A program made the translations under genes and the position numbers. Source: Candidatus Eiseniibacteriota bacterium (GTDB lineage: Bacteria; Eisenbacteria; RBG-16-71-46; CAVPCR01). From it: 64,000 nucleotides of DNA. How positions within the stretch are numbered: position 1 is the first letter of the stretch; each line of letters opens with the position of its first letter. The notes beneath the pieces were generated by a model. The model made no database searches and was not told the origin of the DNA. It saw only the letters and a program-made list of their open reading frames with translations. Shown here piece by piece: positions 45,683 through 57,800 of this stretch. The stretch is taken from NCBI GenBank assembly GCA_963702435.1, contig CAVPCR010000005.1:352001-416000 (forward strand), in the 5' to 3' direction.

Positions 45683-46064
45683 CACCTCGGTCTGGATCGA
45701 GGTCTTTCGCCGGCCTTCTCGCTTTCAGCTCGAATCCGCCGTCGAGTTCGACGAGATCGTCACCTGCCTGCCGGTCATCCAGGAGGTGCTGCAAGGCTTC
45801 CGCGACGAGAGCGCCTTCACGCGAGCGCAAGACGCCATGCTGGCTCTGCCGATCGTGGAGTCCCCGCTCGGCGCCGCGGTGTTCGCCCACGCCGTGGACC
45901 TCTATCGCCTGGCGCGACGCGCCGGGCACACGCCGCGATCCGGAGTGGACTGCCTCATCGCGGCGTGTGCAATCAGGAACGGTCTGGCCGTACTCCACCA
46001 CGACCGCGACTTCGACCTGATTGCCCGGGTTTCGAACCTCAGCGCGCGGGACATCCGCGGCTAG
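45669..46064 (+). CDS. vapC: VapC PIN-domain toxin
   Basis: VLVDTSVWIE, QEVLQG, DCLIAA, HHDRDFD. Confidence 0.9.
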   Translation: MVLVDTSVWIEVFRRPSRFQLESAVEFDEIVTCLPVIQEVLQGFRDESAFTRAQDAMLALPIVESPLGAAVFAHAVDLYRLARRAGHTPRSGVDCLIAACAIRNGLAVLHHDRDFDLIARVSNLSARDIRG

Positions 46065-46245
46065 CCTGCCGGGCGGGAGCCACACCCGCGCACCGGTCTC
46101 ACCATCCGCATCGTGATCCCCGGATCGCGCGCTCGGCACTGCGCACCGCGCGCCCCGAAACAGCTCCGCGGAAACAGGCGATGGCGACATCGCCCGTTTC
46201 CGCGGAGACAACCAACCGTCTGCCGGCCGCCGTCGCGGCCCGGCC

Positions 46246-47673
46246 CTATCGCACCCTGGTGATGCGGAGCGTCGTGGTCCCGGCCGGCGTGTTGAGCCGG
46301 CCGAAGTAGACGCCGCTCGCCACCGGGCGGCCGGTCGCATCGCGGCCGTCCCAGGCGACCAAGTGCTCGCCGGCGGCGAGCGAGCCCGCGACGAGCTCGC
46401 GCACCACACGCCCGTTCACATCCACCACCTCGAGCACGACCGCCGACTCGCGCGCGAGGCCGAAGCGGATCGCGGTCTCGGTGCCGAACGGATTCGGCGC
46501 GATCCGCAGGAGAGGCGCGACCACCGGCGCCGCTTCCGGATCCGCGACCGCCGCCGGCTGGAAGGCCGACAGGTTCGCGAGCTGCCCGCGGATCTCGCCA
46601 CCCGGGAACATGTTCGAGTGGATGTTCACGTAGGTGAGCCCAGCGAGGATGTTCGCCTCGTCACCTGCCGGATAGTTCCACACACCGAGCTTCGGGCTGC
46701 CGGGCAGAAGCGGGTGCTGGACACCGGCGTTCGCCCCCGGCGGGGCGAAGCCGTGGATGTGCGCCACCGTCTCGGGCGCCATGAGCCCGGCGAAGCGGAT
46801 GTCATAGCCGAGCCGGTCGTTGGCGACGTCGAGCGCGATGAGCCCGATCCCTGCCGCGGTCGACGCCGTCGGCGGCACCTCCTGGCGCGGGTCGATCGGC
46901 TCGACGAGCGGCGCCATCTGGCCGCGGATCTCCCCGCCCGGGAAGTTCATCGTGTGGATGTTCACGTAGCACTGGCCGGCGAGGATCGACTGCTCGTCCG
47001 CCTCGGCGTAGGCCCAGCTGCCGACCTTGGGGTTCCCGAGCGGAAGCCCCTGCTTGACCCCGGCATTGGTGCCCTGCAGAGCGAACCCGTGGATGTGCGC
47101 CGCCGTCTCGGCGGAGGAGAGGCCGACGAAGGCCACGTAGTAGTTGAGCTGGTTCGTCGCCGTGTCGATCGTGAAGACGCCGAATCCCCGCGCCGGGCTG
47201 GGCACGGGCGGCACCTCCTGCGCGCCGTCGAGGATCGCGTTGAAGGGGACGATCTGGCCGCGGATCTCGCCGCCGCCGAAGGCGGCGCTGTGGATGTTGA
47301 CGTAGGCGGCGCCGGCGAGGATCGACGCCTCGTCGGCTGCCGGATAGTTCCAGACCCCGGTCTTGACCGGCCCCGCCGGGAGCGCTTGCACGACGCCCGC
47401 GTTGACACCGGGAGCGGCGTACCCGTGGACATGCGCCGCGGTCTCTGCAGCGGAGAGTCCGGTGTAGACGATCCGGTAGGTCATGGTGTTGGCGGTGGTG
47501 TCGATCACGAACTGGCCGCCGCCGAGGGCGGTCGAGAGGTTGGGAGGAACCTCCTGGAGGTTGCTCAAGACACATCCATAGATGAGGGTGTCGGCCATGC
47601 CCGTCGCGGGCAAGACCGAGGCGGCGAGAAGGATGGCGAGTGCGAAGGCGCCGGGGACGGGGACGGGCCGCAT
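46246..47673 (-). CDS. Secreted protein with three CHRD domains and FlgD-like C-terminal domain
   Basis: Three QEVPP...TAAHIHG...YVNIH...GGEIRGQ repeats; PNPF...WDGRD..SGVYF. Confidence 0.88.
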   Translation of the reverse strand: MRPVPVPGAFALAILLAASVLPATGMADTLIYGCVLSNLQEVPPNLSTALGGGQFVIDTTANTMTYRIVYTGLSAAETAAHVHGYAAPGVNAGVVQALPAGPVKTGVWNYPAADEASILAGAAYVNIHSAAFGGGEIRGQIVPFNAILDGAQEVPPVPSPARGFGVFTIDTATNQLNYYVAFVGLSSAETAAHIHGFALQGTNAGVKQGLPLGNPKVGSWAYAEADEQSILAGQCYVNIHTMNFPGGEIRGQMAPLVEPIDPRQEVPPTASTAAGIGLIALDVANDRLGYDIRFAGLMAPETVAHIHGFAPPGANAGVQHPLLPGSPKLGVWNYPAGDEANILAGLTYVNIHSNMFPGGEIRGQLANLSAFQPAAVADPEAAPVVAPLLRIAPNPFGTETAIRFGLARESAVVLEVVDVNGRVVRELVAGSLAAGEHLVAWDGRDATGRPVASGVYFGRLNTPAGTTTLRITRVR

Positions 47674-47908
47674 GCGTCCCCCTGGGGAACGGAGCGGAGT
47701 GCAGAAACGCATGGCCGGGACCACCTATCTGGCCTGGAATGGCTCCTCGATGATTTACTGCGACTGGTCGCGGGTCGGGACTCGGGGAGGGGGGGCAATC
47801 GAAGACCGGACCTGCCCGAGAGGATAGCGGAACTGCGCGCCGGCGGCCAAGGCGTTTCGTAATAGAATCCCATGTCATGATGATGATCACGTCACCCGCG
47901 ACGTGCGC

Positions 47909-50167
47909 ATGAGCCGCCGCGCCGTCCTCCTCATACCGCTCGTCCTCATCGCCGCCGCCCTCGCCCTGCGTATCGTCCCCCGCTGGGATCACGTCGTGGT
48001 GGGCACCGAGGCCGTGATCCGCGACCCCGATGCCGCCTATCACCTCCGGCGGGCTGCCCTCATCGCCGCGCGCTTCCCCGATCTCGCCGTCTTCGACAGC
48101 TACATCAACTACCCGCGCGGCGCGCACGTGATCTGGCCGCCGCTCTACGACATGGTGCTCGCGGGAGCGACGACCCTCTTTCCGGCGACGCCCGGCGCGC
48201 CCGGATCGAGCGTCGCCGTGGCGCTCCTGCCGCCGCTTCTCTTCGCCCTCGCCGTCCTCGTCCTCATCCTGTTCGCGCGCCGCGTGTGGCCGGAGCGTCC
48301 GCTCCTCGTCGCGATCGCGGCCGGAGTCCCGGCCGTCCTTCCGGCGAGCCTCCCCTACACGGAGATCGGCCAGCTCGATCACCACGCGGCCGAGCTTCTC
48401 GTCACCGTCCTCTTCCTCCACGCGCTCGCCAGCGGTCGCGAGCGTCTCGCCCGAGGGGCCGCGGCGGCGCGCACGGCCGTCGTGCCCGCCCTCGCACTCG
48501 CCGCCGCGCTCGCCACCCAGCTCTCCCTCGTCGTGCTCATCGGCGTGGCCCTCGTCTCGATCCTCGTCGCGCCGCGCCGCGCCTGGCGGAGTTCCTTCGC
48601 ACAGGCCACCTGGCTCTTCACCCTGGCCGGCGCCTTCCTCCTCCCCGCCGCGCTGGCCTACGCGCGGGCGGGCGCGCCACTCCGGCATTACCAGTTCGGG
48701 CTCTTCCAGCCCGCGCTCCTCGCCCTGGCGGCGCTCGCGAGCCTCGGCGCCACGATCCTCGTATCGGGCGGCAGCGCGCTCCGCCGCGGCCTCCTCGTGC
48801 TCGCTCCTGCCCTCCTCTTCGCCGCGCTTCAAGCGCGGCTGGCCAGCGAGACCGCCGGCGGCATCGCGTACGTGTTCCGCCAGTACGCGCCGTGGCAGGA
48901 GACGATCGGCGAGAGCCAGTCGCTCTTCACGGCGGGGATTGCCTCGGGGATGGGAGCGCTCGCCACACGGCTCTCGCTCCTCGTCCTCGCGCTGCCTGCC
49001 GCCTGGTTCGCGCTCGCGCGCCGCGCGCGCGCCGGCGACGCGCGCCGCGGGATCCTCCTCGTCGCGAGCCTTCTCTTCACCGTGCTCGGCCTCGAGCAGG
49101 CGCGCTTCCTCCCCCATCTCGCGCTCTTCGTCGGCATGGCGGCCGCCACCGGCGCGGAGCGCTGGCTCACCCCGCCGCCCCGCGCGCGCCGCCGCACGCC
49201 GCAACGGACGACCGCCGCGCCGGTCCTCGCGCTTGCGAGTGCGAGCGCGATCGCGCTCGCGCTCCTCCCCACGCTCCGCGGCTACGGGCGCGACGAGGAG
49301 TCGGATCACGCCTTCGATCGCTCGCGCTCGGTGCTCGACCACCTTGCGCACTCGACGCCGGAGACGTCGTTCTACGATCACCCGACGCGAACGCCCGAGT
49401 ACGGGGTCGTCGCCGAATGGTCCTACGGGCACTACATCCAGCGCGTGGGGCGGCGGCCCGCCGTCGTCGACAACTTCGGCGATCATGCCGGCGACCCGAC
49501 CCAGGTCGGCCGCTTCTTCCTCGCCACCGACGAGGAGCTGGCGCTCGCCTACCTCGATTCGGTGCGCGCCCGCTACGTGCTCGTGCGCGACCTGGCCGCC
49601 GGCTTCAAGGGTGTCATTCCCGATGCCCCGGCCCGGGAGCGCTTCGTGCGCGGAGCGGCGATCACAGCACCCGGCCGGGCGCAGATCGAGTTCACGCCCG
49701 CGATCGGCGGCACCATGCTCTATCGCCTGAGCATGCGGAACGGGGGCGGCATGCCGGGCGCCGAGAACGCCGCGGGGGCACCGCTGGCACGCTTCCGCCT
49801 CGTCGCCGAGAGCGAGGCGACGGAAGAGCTCGCGAGCGGGCTCTCCCTCTCGGCGGTCAAGCTCTACGAGGTCGTCCGCGGCGCGCGCCTCGAGGTCACC
49901 GGCCTCGCGCCGGACGCGGAGGCGGCGCTCCTCGCCACCGTCAGCTCGCCGCGGGGCCGTCCATTCCCCTACGTCGCGCTCGCGCGGGCCGACGCGCGCG
50001 GCGTGTTCGCGATCGTCCTTCCCTATCCGACGAGCGCCGCGCCCGGGGCGAGCCGCTTCTCCGATCTCCAGATCGCGACGCGCGCCGGACGCTTCGCGGC
50101 GCCGCCCATCGACGAGGCCGCGGTGCGGGACGGGCGGACCGTCGCATTCGTCCTCCCGGGCTCTTGA
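47909..50167 (+). CDS. STT3/AglB-like oligosaccharyltransferase (GT-C)
   Basis: DPDAAYHLRR, FDSYINYPRG...WPPLYD, DHHAAE, TIGESQSL, YGVVAEWSYGHYI, DNFG; multiple TM segments. Confidence 0.75.
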   Translation: MSRRAVLLIPLVLIAAALALRIVPRWDHVVVGTEAVIRDPDAAYHLRRAALIAARFPDLAVFDSYINYPRGAHVIWPPLYDMVLAGATTLFPATPGAPGSSVAVALLPPLLFALAVLVLILFARRVWPERPLLVAIAAGVPAVLPASLPYTEIGQLDHHAAELLVTVLFLHALASGRERLARGAAAARTAVVPALALAAALATQLSLVVLIGVALVSILVAPRRAWRSSFAQATWLFTLAGAFLLPAALAYARAGAPLRHYQFGLFQPALLALAALASLGATILVSGGSALRRGLLVLAPALLFAALQARLASETAGGIAYVFRQYAPWQETIGESQSLFTAGIASGMGALATRLSLLVLALPAAWFALARRARAGDARRGILLVASLLFTVLGLEQARFLPHLALFVGMAAATGAERWLTPPPRARRRTPQRTTAAPVLALASASAIALALLPTLRGYGRDEESDHAFDRSRSVLDHLAHSTPETSFYDHPTRTPEYGVVAEWSYGHYIQRVGRRPAVVDNFGDHAGDPTQVGRFFLATDEELALAYLDSVRARYVLVRDLAAGFKGVIPDAPARERFVRGAAITAPGRAQIEFTPAIGGTMLYRLSMRNGGGMPGAENAAGAPLARFRLVAESEATEELASGLSLSAVKLYEVVRGARLEVTGLAPDAEAALLATVSSPRGRPFPYVALARADARGVFAIVLPYPTSAAPGASRFSDLQIATRAGRFAAPPIDEAAVRDGRTVAFVLPGS

Positions 50168-50279
50168 AGATCGCGACCTTCGGCACGACCGGCCCACCCC
50201 CACACCGCTGCCTTTTCGCTTATACTCCGCCTCGTATCGGCGCTGAGCGGCGCCGGAACAGACTCAAGGAGGAGAAATC

Positions 50280-51290
50280 ATGCCGGTCAAAGTCGGGATC
50301 AACGGCTTCGGACGCATCGGGCGCCTCGTGCTCCGCGCGATCCACGAGCGCTATCCGAACGACATCCAGGTGGTCGCGGTCAACGACCTCTTCGACGCGC
50401 CCACGAACGCGCACCTCTTCAAGTACGACTCGACCTACGGTCCCTACCGGGGGTCGGTGGCAGTCAAGGACGGACATCTCGTCGTCGACGGCAAGCAGAT
50501 CACCGTCACCGCCGAGAAGGACCCGGGCGCCATCAAGTGGAAGGACATGGGCGTCCAGGTCGTCATCGAGGCGACCGGCCTCTTCGCCGACGCGACCAAG
50601 TCGCGCGCGCACATCGACCAGGGCGGCGCCCGCAAGGTGATCATCTCGGCGCCCGGCAAGAACGAGGACCTCACCATCGTCCTCGGCGTCAACGATTCGA
50701 TGTACGACCCGGCCAAGCACCATGTGGTCTCCAACGCTTCGTGCACGACCAACGGCCTCGCGCCGGTCGCCAAGGTCCTGAACGACCGCTTCGGAATCGA
50801 GAAGGGGCTCCTCACCACGGTGCACGCCTACACGAACTCGCAGAAGCTGCAAGACGTCGGCGCCAAGGACCTGCGCGATGCGCGCGCCGCCGCGCAGAAC
50901 ATCGTGCCGTCGGAGACCGGCGCCGCCCGCGCGGTCGGGCTCGTCATCCCCGAGCTCAAGGGCAAGTTCGGCGGCATGGCCTTCCGCGTGCCCACGCCGA
51001 CCGTGTCGGTCATCGACTTCACGGCGATCCTCCGGCGCGAGGCGTCGAAGGAGGAGATCCGGACCGCGATGCTCGAAGCCGCGCAGGGTCCGATGAAGGG
51101 CATCCTCGTGGTGACCGACGAGCCGCTCGTCTCGACCGATCTCCGCGGGTCGCCCGCCTCCTCCACCTTCAGCGCGCCCGACACGCTCGTGCTCGGGAAC
51201 CTGGTCAAGGTGGTCGCCTGGTACGACAACGAGTGGGGCTATGCCTGCCGCACCGCGGACCTGACCGCGATGATGGGGAAAAAGCTCTAG
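50280..51290 (+). CDS. gap: Type I glyceraldehyde-3-phosphate dehydrogenase
   Basis: [26 protein letters not shown]. Confidence 0.98.
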   Translation: MPVKVGINGFGRIGRLVLRAIHERYPNDIQVVAVNDLFDAPTNAHLFKYDSTYGPYRGSVAVKDGHLVVDGKQITVTAEKDPGAIKWKDMGVQVVIEATGLFADATKSRAHIDQGGARKVIISAPGKNEDLTIVLGVNDSMYDPAKHHVVSNASCTTNGLAPVAKVLNDRFGIEKGLLTTVHAYTNSQKLQDVGAKDLRDARAAAQNIVPSETGAARAVGLVIPELKGKFGGMAFRVPTPTVSVIDFTAILRREASKEEIRTAMLEAAQGPMKGILVVTDEPLVSTDLRGSPASSTFSAPDTLVLGNLVKVVAWYDNEWGYACRTADLTAMMGKKL

Positions 51291-51664
51291 GCAAGGATGG
51301 CGGCGCTGCGGCGCCCCGCGGCTGCGGCGCCCCGGGCCCCGCGGCCCGGGACGTCCTTCCGCCCCCGCTCCAAACGACCACCGCCCGGGCCCGGGATGCG
51401 CTAATCTCGGGCCCGGTCGATCCCGGCCGCAAGGCGCCGGGATCGGGGCGCCGGGCACGGCGCGGGCCGCCCCCATCGGCCCCGGCCGTACCGCCACGAT
51501 GGCCGTAAGATATTCCGTGATAACGTTCTAAAGGCCCGGAAGGGTCCCAGCTCGCCCCCGCCGGGGGCGGGCAGAAGCGGCTCGGCGCCGGCGGCCGGCA
51601 GGCCGCCTGAGCGCCTCAAGGAGGCCTTCCTCACTCGGGTTCGGGAGGTGGAAGGGAGGATGAT

Positions 51665-52959
51665 GTGAGAGAGAAAGCGTACAACTCGTTCCAGGTCGCC
51701 CAGGCGCAGTTCGACAAGGTCGCCGAGTATCTCGGCCTCGACTCGGCCACGAGCGAGCTCCTCCGCTCCCCGCTCCGCGAGTACCAGTTCGCGATCCCGG
51801 TGCGCATGGACGACGGCAACGTGAAGGTCTTCCGGGGTTTCCGCGTCCAGCACAACGACGCGCGCGGGCCGGGCAAGGGCGGGATCCGCTTCCATCCGCA
51901 GGAGACGGTCGACACGGTGCGCGCCCTCGCCATGTGGATGACCTGGAAGTGCGCGGTCGTCGACATCCCGCTCGGCGGCGGCAAGGGCGGCGTGGTCTGC
52001 GATCCGCACAACCTGAGCCCGCGCGAGCAGGAAGCAGATCTGCCGCGGCTGGGTGCGCCAGATCTCGCGCGAGGTCGGGCCGGTCATCGACGTGCCGGCG
52101 CCCGACGTGATGACCACGGCCCAGCACATGCTCTGGATGCTCGACGAGTTCGAGACGATCCACCGCGGCCAGTTACCCGGGCTTCATCACCGGGCAAGCC
52201 GGTCGGGCATGGGCGGCTCGCTCGGGCGGACCGAGGCGACCGGTTTCGGCGTCGTCTTCACCCTGCGCGAGGCGCTGAAGGAGCTCGGGATCGCCCCCGG
52301 CGCCACCCGCGCCAGCGTGCAGGGATTCGGCAACGTCGCCCAGTACGCGATCCGGCTCTACCAGCAGCTCGGCGGCAAGGTGATCTGCGTCTCGTGCTGG
52401 GACCAGGAGGACCAGACCTCCTACGCCTATCGGCGGGCAGGCGGCATCGACCTCGACGAGCTGCTCGGGATCACCGACCACTTCGGCGGCATCGACAAGG
52501 CGAAGGCGAAGCAGCTCGGCTACGAGGTGCTGCCGGGCGAACGAGTGGATCGAGCCAGGACGTCGAGATCCTGATCCCCTCCGCCCTCGAGAACCAGATC
52601 ACGGCCGAGAACGTCGCGCAGATCGGCCGCAACGTGAAGCTGATCGCCGAGGGCGCCAACGGCCCGACCACTCCCGATGCCGACAAGGTCATCCACGAGC
52701 GCGGGATCTTCATGATCCCGGACTTCCTCGCCAACGCCGGCGGCGTCACCTGCAGCTACTTCGAGCAGGTGCAGAGCAACATGAACTACTACTGGGAGAA
52801 GGACGAGGTGCTCGGCAAGCTCGACGTCAAGATGACCTCGGCCTTCCTCGCGGTGCAGCGAGCTGGCGCAGCAAGCAGAAGCTCTACATGCGCGACGCGG
52901 CCTACGTCATCGCCATCGGCCGCGTGGCGCAGGCGTGCAAGGAGCGCGGCTGGATCTAG
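51665..52959 (+). CDS. Glu/Leu/Phe/Val dehydrogenase (about 430 aa), several indels
   Basis: RGPGKGGIRFHP, MTWKCA..PLGGGKGG, DVPAPDV, GGSLGRTEATGFG, QGFGNV, EGANGP, PDFLANAGGV..SYFE, ends RGWI. Confidence 0.9.
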
Positions 52960-53008
52960 ACCGCATGGACTGCGCGCCGGGGAGTCGAGCCGGCGCCGGG
53001 GGAGCCAG

Positions 53009-54771
53009 ATGAACGGGGCGAGCCACTTTCCCCGGTTCGATCGCGAGTTCTTCGACTCGACCGAGGACTTCACCGTCATCGGCGCCGGCTCGATCGGCGG
53101 CAAGGCGCGCGGCCTGGCCTTCATCAAGGAGACGCTCGCCGCGAGCGTCGCAGCGAGCGGGCGTCCGCGGGCATCGCCGTGTCGCATCCCGCGCCTGGCG
53201 GTCCTCGCCACCGATCTCTTCGATGCCTTCCTGAGCAGAACGAGCTCCACGAGATCGCCGCACTCCGACGAGTCCGACGACGCAGATCGCCCACGCCTTC
53301 CAGAAGGGAGCCTGCCGGCGCCGATCGTCGGCGACCTGCAGGCGCTCGATCGACCAGGTCCACCAGCCGCTCGCGATCCGCTCCTCGAGCCTGCTCGAGG
53401 ATGCGATGTACCACCCGTTCGCCGGCGTCTACGGCACCAAGATGATCCCCAACAACCAGCTCGACCCGGACACCCGCTTCCGGAAGCTGGTCGAGGCGAT
53501 CAAGTTCGTCTAGGCCTCCACCTTCTTCCAGGACGCGAAGAGACTACATCCGCTCGACCGACCAGTCGCCGCGCGACGAGAAGATGGCGGTGATCATCCA
53601 GGAGGTCGTCGGCCGGCGGCACGGGGACCGCTTCTACCCCGACGTGCTCGGGCGTGGCGCGCTCCTACAACTTCTACCCGCTCGGCCACGCGAAGCCGCG
53701 AGGACGGGGTGGTCGAGCCTCGCCCTGGGTCTCGGCAAGACGATCGTCGACGGCGGGCGTCGCCTGGACCTACTCCCCCGCCTATCCCGCGGGCCAATCC
53801 GCCGTACGGCATCGATCCGCGACCTGCTCTACCAGACGCAGACGCGAGTTCTGGGCCGTCAACATGGGGAAGCCGCCGGCCTACGATCCGATGCGACGAG
53901 ACCGAGTACCTGGTCAAGGCCGAGCTCGCCGAGGCGGAGGAGGACGGCACGCTCCGCTTCATCGCCTCGACCTACGATCCGCAGTCGGACCGGCTCGTCG
54001 CCCGGCGTCGGCGCCGCCGGGCCCGCGCGTCCTGACCTTCGCGCCGCTCCTCGACCTCGACGTCTTCCCGCTCAACGAGCTCGTGCGCGGTCTCCTCGCC
54101 GAGTGCGAGAAGGCGGTCGGCGCCGAGGTGGAGATCGAGTTCGCGATGACGCTCCCCGACTCGATGGACGGCGAGGCCCGCTTCGGCTTCCTGCAGGTGC
54201 GCCCGATGGTGGTCTCGAGCGCGGAGATCGCGATCGCGCCCGAGGAGATGGCCGGCGCCGAATGTCCTCGCCGCGTCCGACCGCCGCGCTGGGCAACGGG
54301 ACCAGCGACGACGATCTGCGACGTCGTCTACCTGAAGCCGGCGGCCTTCGACACGGCGCACACCCGGCGATCGCCGCCGAGATCGAGGCGATCGAACCGC
54401 GAGCTGGTCGCGGCGGGGCGTCCCTATCTCCTGATCGGTTTCGGCCGCTGGGGATCTCGGACCCCTGGCTCGGCGTGCCGGTCGCGTGGAGCCAGATCGC
54501 CGGCGCCAGGGCGATCGTCGAGTCGTCGCTGCCCGAGGTGAGCGCCGATCCGAGCCAGGGCTCGCACTTCTTCCACAACATCACCAGCTTCCGGCGTGCT
54601 CTACTTCACCGTGCGGCACACCGGGCCGCTACGCCGATCGACTGGGCGTGGCTCGACCGGCAGCCCGCCGTCGCCGAGACCGAGCTCGTGCGGCACGTGC
54701 GCCTCGCCTCTCCGCTCCGCGTCAAGGTGGACGGGCGGACGGGGCGCGGCGTCATCCATCACCCCGTGTGA
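53009..54771 (+). CDS. PEP/pyruvate-binding (PPDK_N) dikinase-like protein, stand-alone; many indels
   Basis: IGGKARGLAF, PLAIRSSSLLED, MAVIIQEVVG, EIEFA, FLQVRP, GFGRWG, SQGSHFFHN across frames. Confidence 0.8.
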
Positions 54772-54817
54772 CGGGAGACGCCGGGCGAGCCGCGGCGCGC
54801 CCGGCGGCGAGAGCGCC

Positions 54818-57800
54818 ATGACTTCCGACGGAACCCCGATCGAGGAGATCCTGCGAGTCGCTGCAGGAGCGGGCCAAGGAGCTCGACTGCCTCTACCGGA
54901 TCGACGAGCTGCTCAAGCACACCGACGACGCCGCTCCCGGAGATCTTCTCGGGGCTCATCCAGGCCATCCCGCCCGGCTACCAGTACCCGCACATCTGCC
55001 AGGCGCGCATCACCTTCGCGGGCAGACCTGCCAGTCGCCGGACTTCCGCGAGACCCCGTGGGTGCAGCGCGCGACCATCACGGTCGACGGCGAGCGGATC
55101 GGGCAAGATCGAGGTCTACTACACCGAGCATGCGCTCGCAGGCCGACGAGGGCCCGTTCCTCAAGGAGGAGCGGCGGCTCATCAACAGCGATCGCCGAGC
55201 GGCTCGGGCACTTCCTCGAGCACCAGAAGCTGCAGACCGCCTTCGAGAGCCTGGAGACGGCCCGCCAGCTCGCACCCACCGCCAAGGGCCAGTGGCGCGT
55301 CATCCTCGACTTCCTGAAGCGCACCGACCAGACCCTGCTCCTCCGCATCTCGCGCAAGATGCTGAACCACCTGTGCTGGGTCGGCGATCCGGAGGCGGTG
55401 GATCTCCTCCACCGCGTCGGTCTACGAGCCGGACACCGAGCCCGAGCTCGAGTACGGCGAGGACAACCGGCCGAGCGAGTCGTTCCGCAGCGTGCGGCTC
55501 GGCGATGTCACCGACGAGACCTTTTCGATCGCCGCCGATCATCTGGGCGAGGACGAGATCCTGGCCAGCGTCCAGCTCTGGATCCGCGAGGAACGAGCCC
55601 GCTTCCTCGTCGAACGCGGTCGACAACCCCGACTCGTCGCTCGACGAGGTCACCGAGGCCATCCGCCGCCTGCACCATATCCCGGCCGAGGAGATCGAGT
55701 TCCCGCCGGCGGTGGAGAAGGGGCTGCGCGTCTCCCTCATCTACCGCTTCTTCACCGACCAGCTCGAGCTTCGTCAACATCGCCAAGCGCTACATCGAGG
55801 TCGACGACTACTTCGACCTCGTCGAGCACATGGTCTTCCCGGCCAAGAGCCGCGGCAAGCTGGGCGGCAAGAGCGCCGGGCTCTTCCTGGCCATGCAGAT
55901 CCTCGAGAAGGTCAAGGACCGAGCCGCCGGAGCTCGGCACGATCAAGACGCCCCGCACCTGGTACATCACGACCGACGGGGTCCTCGACTTCATCCAGTA
56001 CAACAACCTGGAGGACGTCTACAACCAGAAGTACGCGGACATCGACCAGGTGCGGCACGAGTACCCGCACATCGTGCAGATCTTCAAGAACTCCGCATTC
56101 ACACCCGAGATCATCAAGGGCCTGTCGGTGGTCCTCGACGATCTCGAGGGCCGCCCGCTCATCGTGCGCAGTCGAGCCTGCTCGAGGACCGCTTCGGCGC
56201 CGCCTTCTCGGGCAAGTACAAGAGCCTCTTCCTCGCCAACACCGGCACCAAGCAGGAGCGGCTGGCCGCGCTGATGGACGCGATCGCCGAGGTCTACGCC
56301 TCGGTCTTCGGCCCGGACCCGATCGAGTACCGCACCGAGCGCGGGCTCCTCGACGTGTACGAGGAGATGGGGATCATGATCCAGGAGGTGGTGGGCACCA
56401 ACGTCGGCCGCTACTTCCTGCCCTCCTTCTCGGGGGTCGCCTTCAGCCGGAACGAGTTCCGCTGGTCGGCCCGGATCAAGCGGGAGGACGGGCTCCTCCG
56501 CCTGGTGCCCGGACTCGGCACCCGCGCCGTCGACCGGCTCAAGGACGACTACCCGGTGCTCATGGCCCCCGGTCAGCCGAACCTGCGCGTCAACGTCACC
56601 CTCGACGAGATCATCCGGTACTCGCCGAAGAAGATCGACGTCATCAATCTCGAGACCGGCGGCTTCGAGACGGTGGAGGTGCGCGACTTCTTGAAGGAAG
56701 TGAACGCGCAGGTGCCGCAGCTCGGGAACATGGTGTCGATCCTCGAGGAGGATCGGGTGCGGCGCCCGATCGGCCGCGAGATCGAGCACAACACGGAACG
56801 TCTGGTCGTGACCTTCGAGGGCCTCGCCGCGGCCACCCCCTTCGTCCGCCAGATCCGCACCATCCTCGAGATCCTCGAGCGCGAGATCGGCACCCCGGTC
56901 GACATCGAGTTCGCCTCGGACGGCACGGACCTCTATCTCCTGCAGTGCCGGCCGCAGAGCTCGGGGCGGATGGCCAAGGCCGCGCTCATCCCGCACGACA
57001 TCCCGCCCGAGCGGCACGTCTTCACCGCCCGCCGCTTCGTCTCCAACGGCAGCGCCCACAACCTGACGCACGTGGTCTACGTCGATCCCGATCGCTACAA
57101 CGACCTCGAGTCGATCGAGGAGCTGCGCGCAGTGGGCCGCGCCGTCGGCAAGCTCAACAAGATCCTCCCCAAGCGCCAGTTCATCCTCATCGGACCGGGG
57201 CGCTGGGGCAGCCGCGGCGACATCAAGCTCGGCGTGAACGTCACCTACTCCGACATCAACAACACGGCGGTGCTGATCGAGATCGCGCGGAAGAAGGGGA
57301 ACTACCTGCCGGACCTCTCCTTCGGCACGCACTTCTTCCAGGACCTGGTCGAGGCCGAGATCCGCTACCTGCCGCTCTATCCGGACGATCCGGGGATCGT
57401 CTTCAAGGAGGCCTTCTTCCGCGATTCACCCAACATCCTCGCGGATCTGCTCCCCGAGTTCGCCGAGCTGGCCGACACGGTCCGCGTCATCGATATCGCC
57501 GAGGCGACCGACGGCATGGTCCTGCGCGTCCTCATGAACGCCGATCTGGAGCAGGCACTCGCCTTCCTCGCTCCCCGCGAGGAGACCGCCGAGGAAGCGG
57601 CGGCGATCGCCGCCGAACGGGACCGGTCCCGCGCCGACCACTGGCGCTGGCGCCTCCGCTTCGCCGAGCGGCTCGCCGCGCAGCTCGATCCCGAGCGCTT
57701 CGGGGTCAAGGCGCTCTACGTCTTCGGGAGCACCAAGAACGCCACCGCGGGGCCCGCGAGCGACATCGATCTCCTCGTCCACTTCAAGGGCACCGCGGCC

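Noticed and set aside
53511..53513. In-frame TAG in IKFV*ASTFF as possible pyrrolysine or stop recoding
   Set aside because: Paralogs have an aromatic residue here (VYAS, VFAS); the segment is error-rich and TAG ends many normal genes in this window
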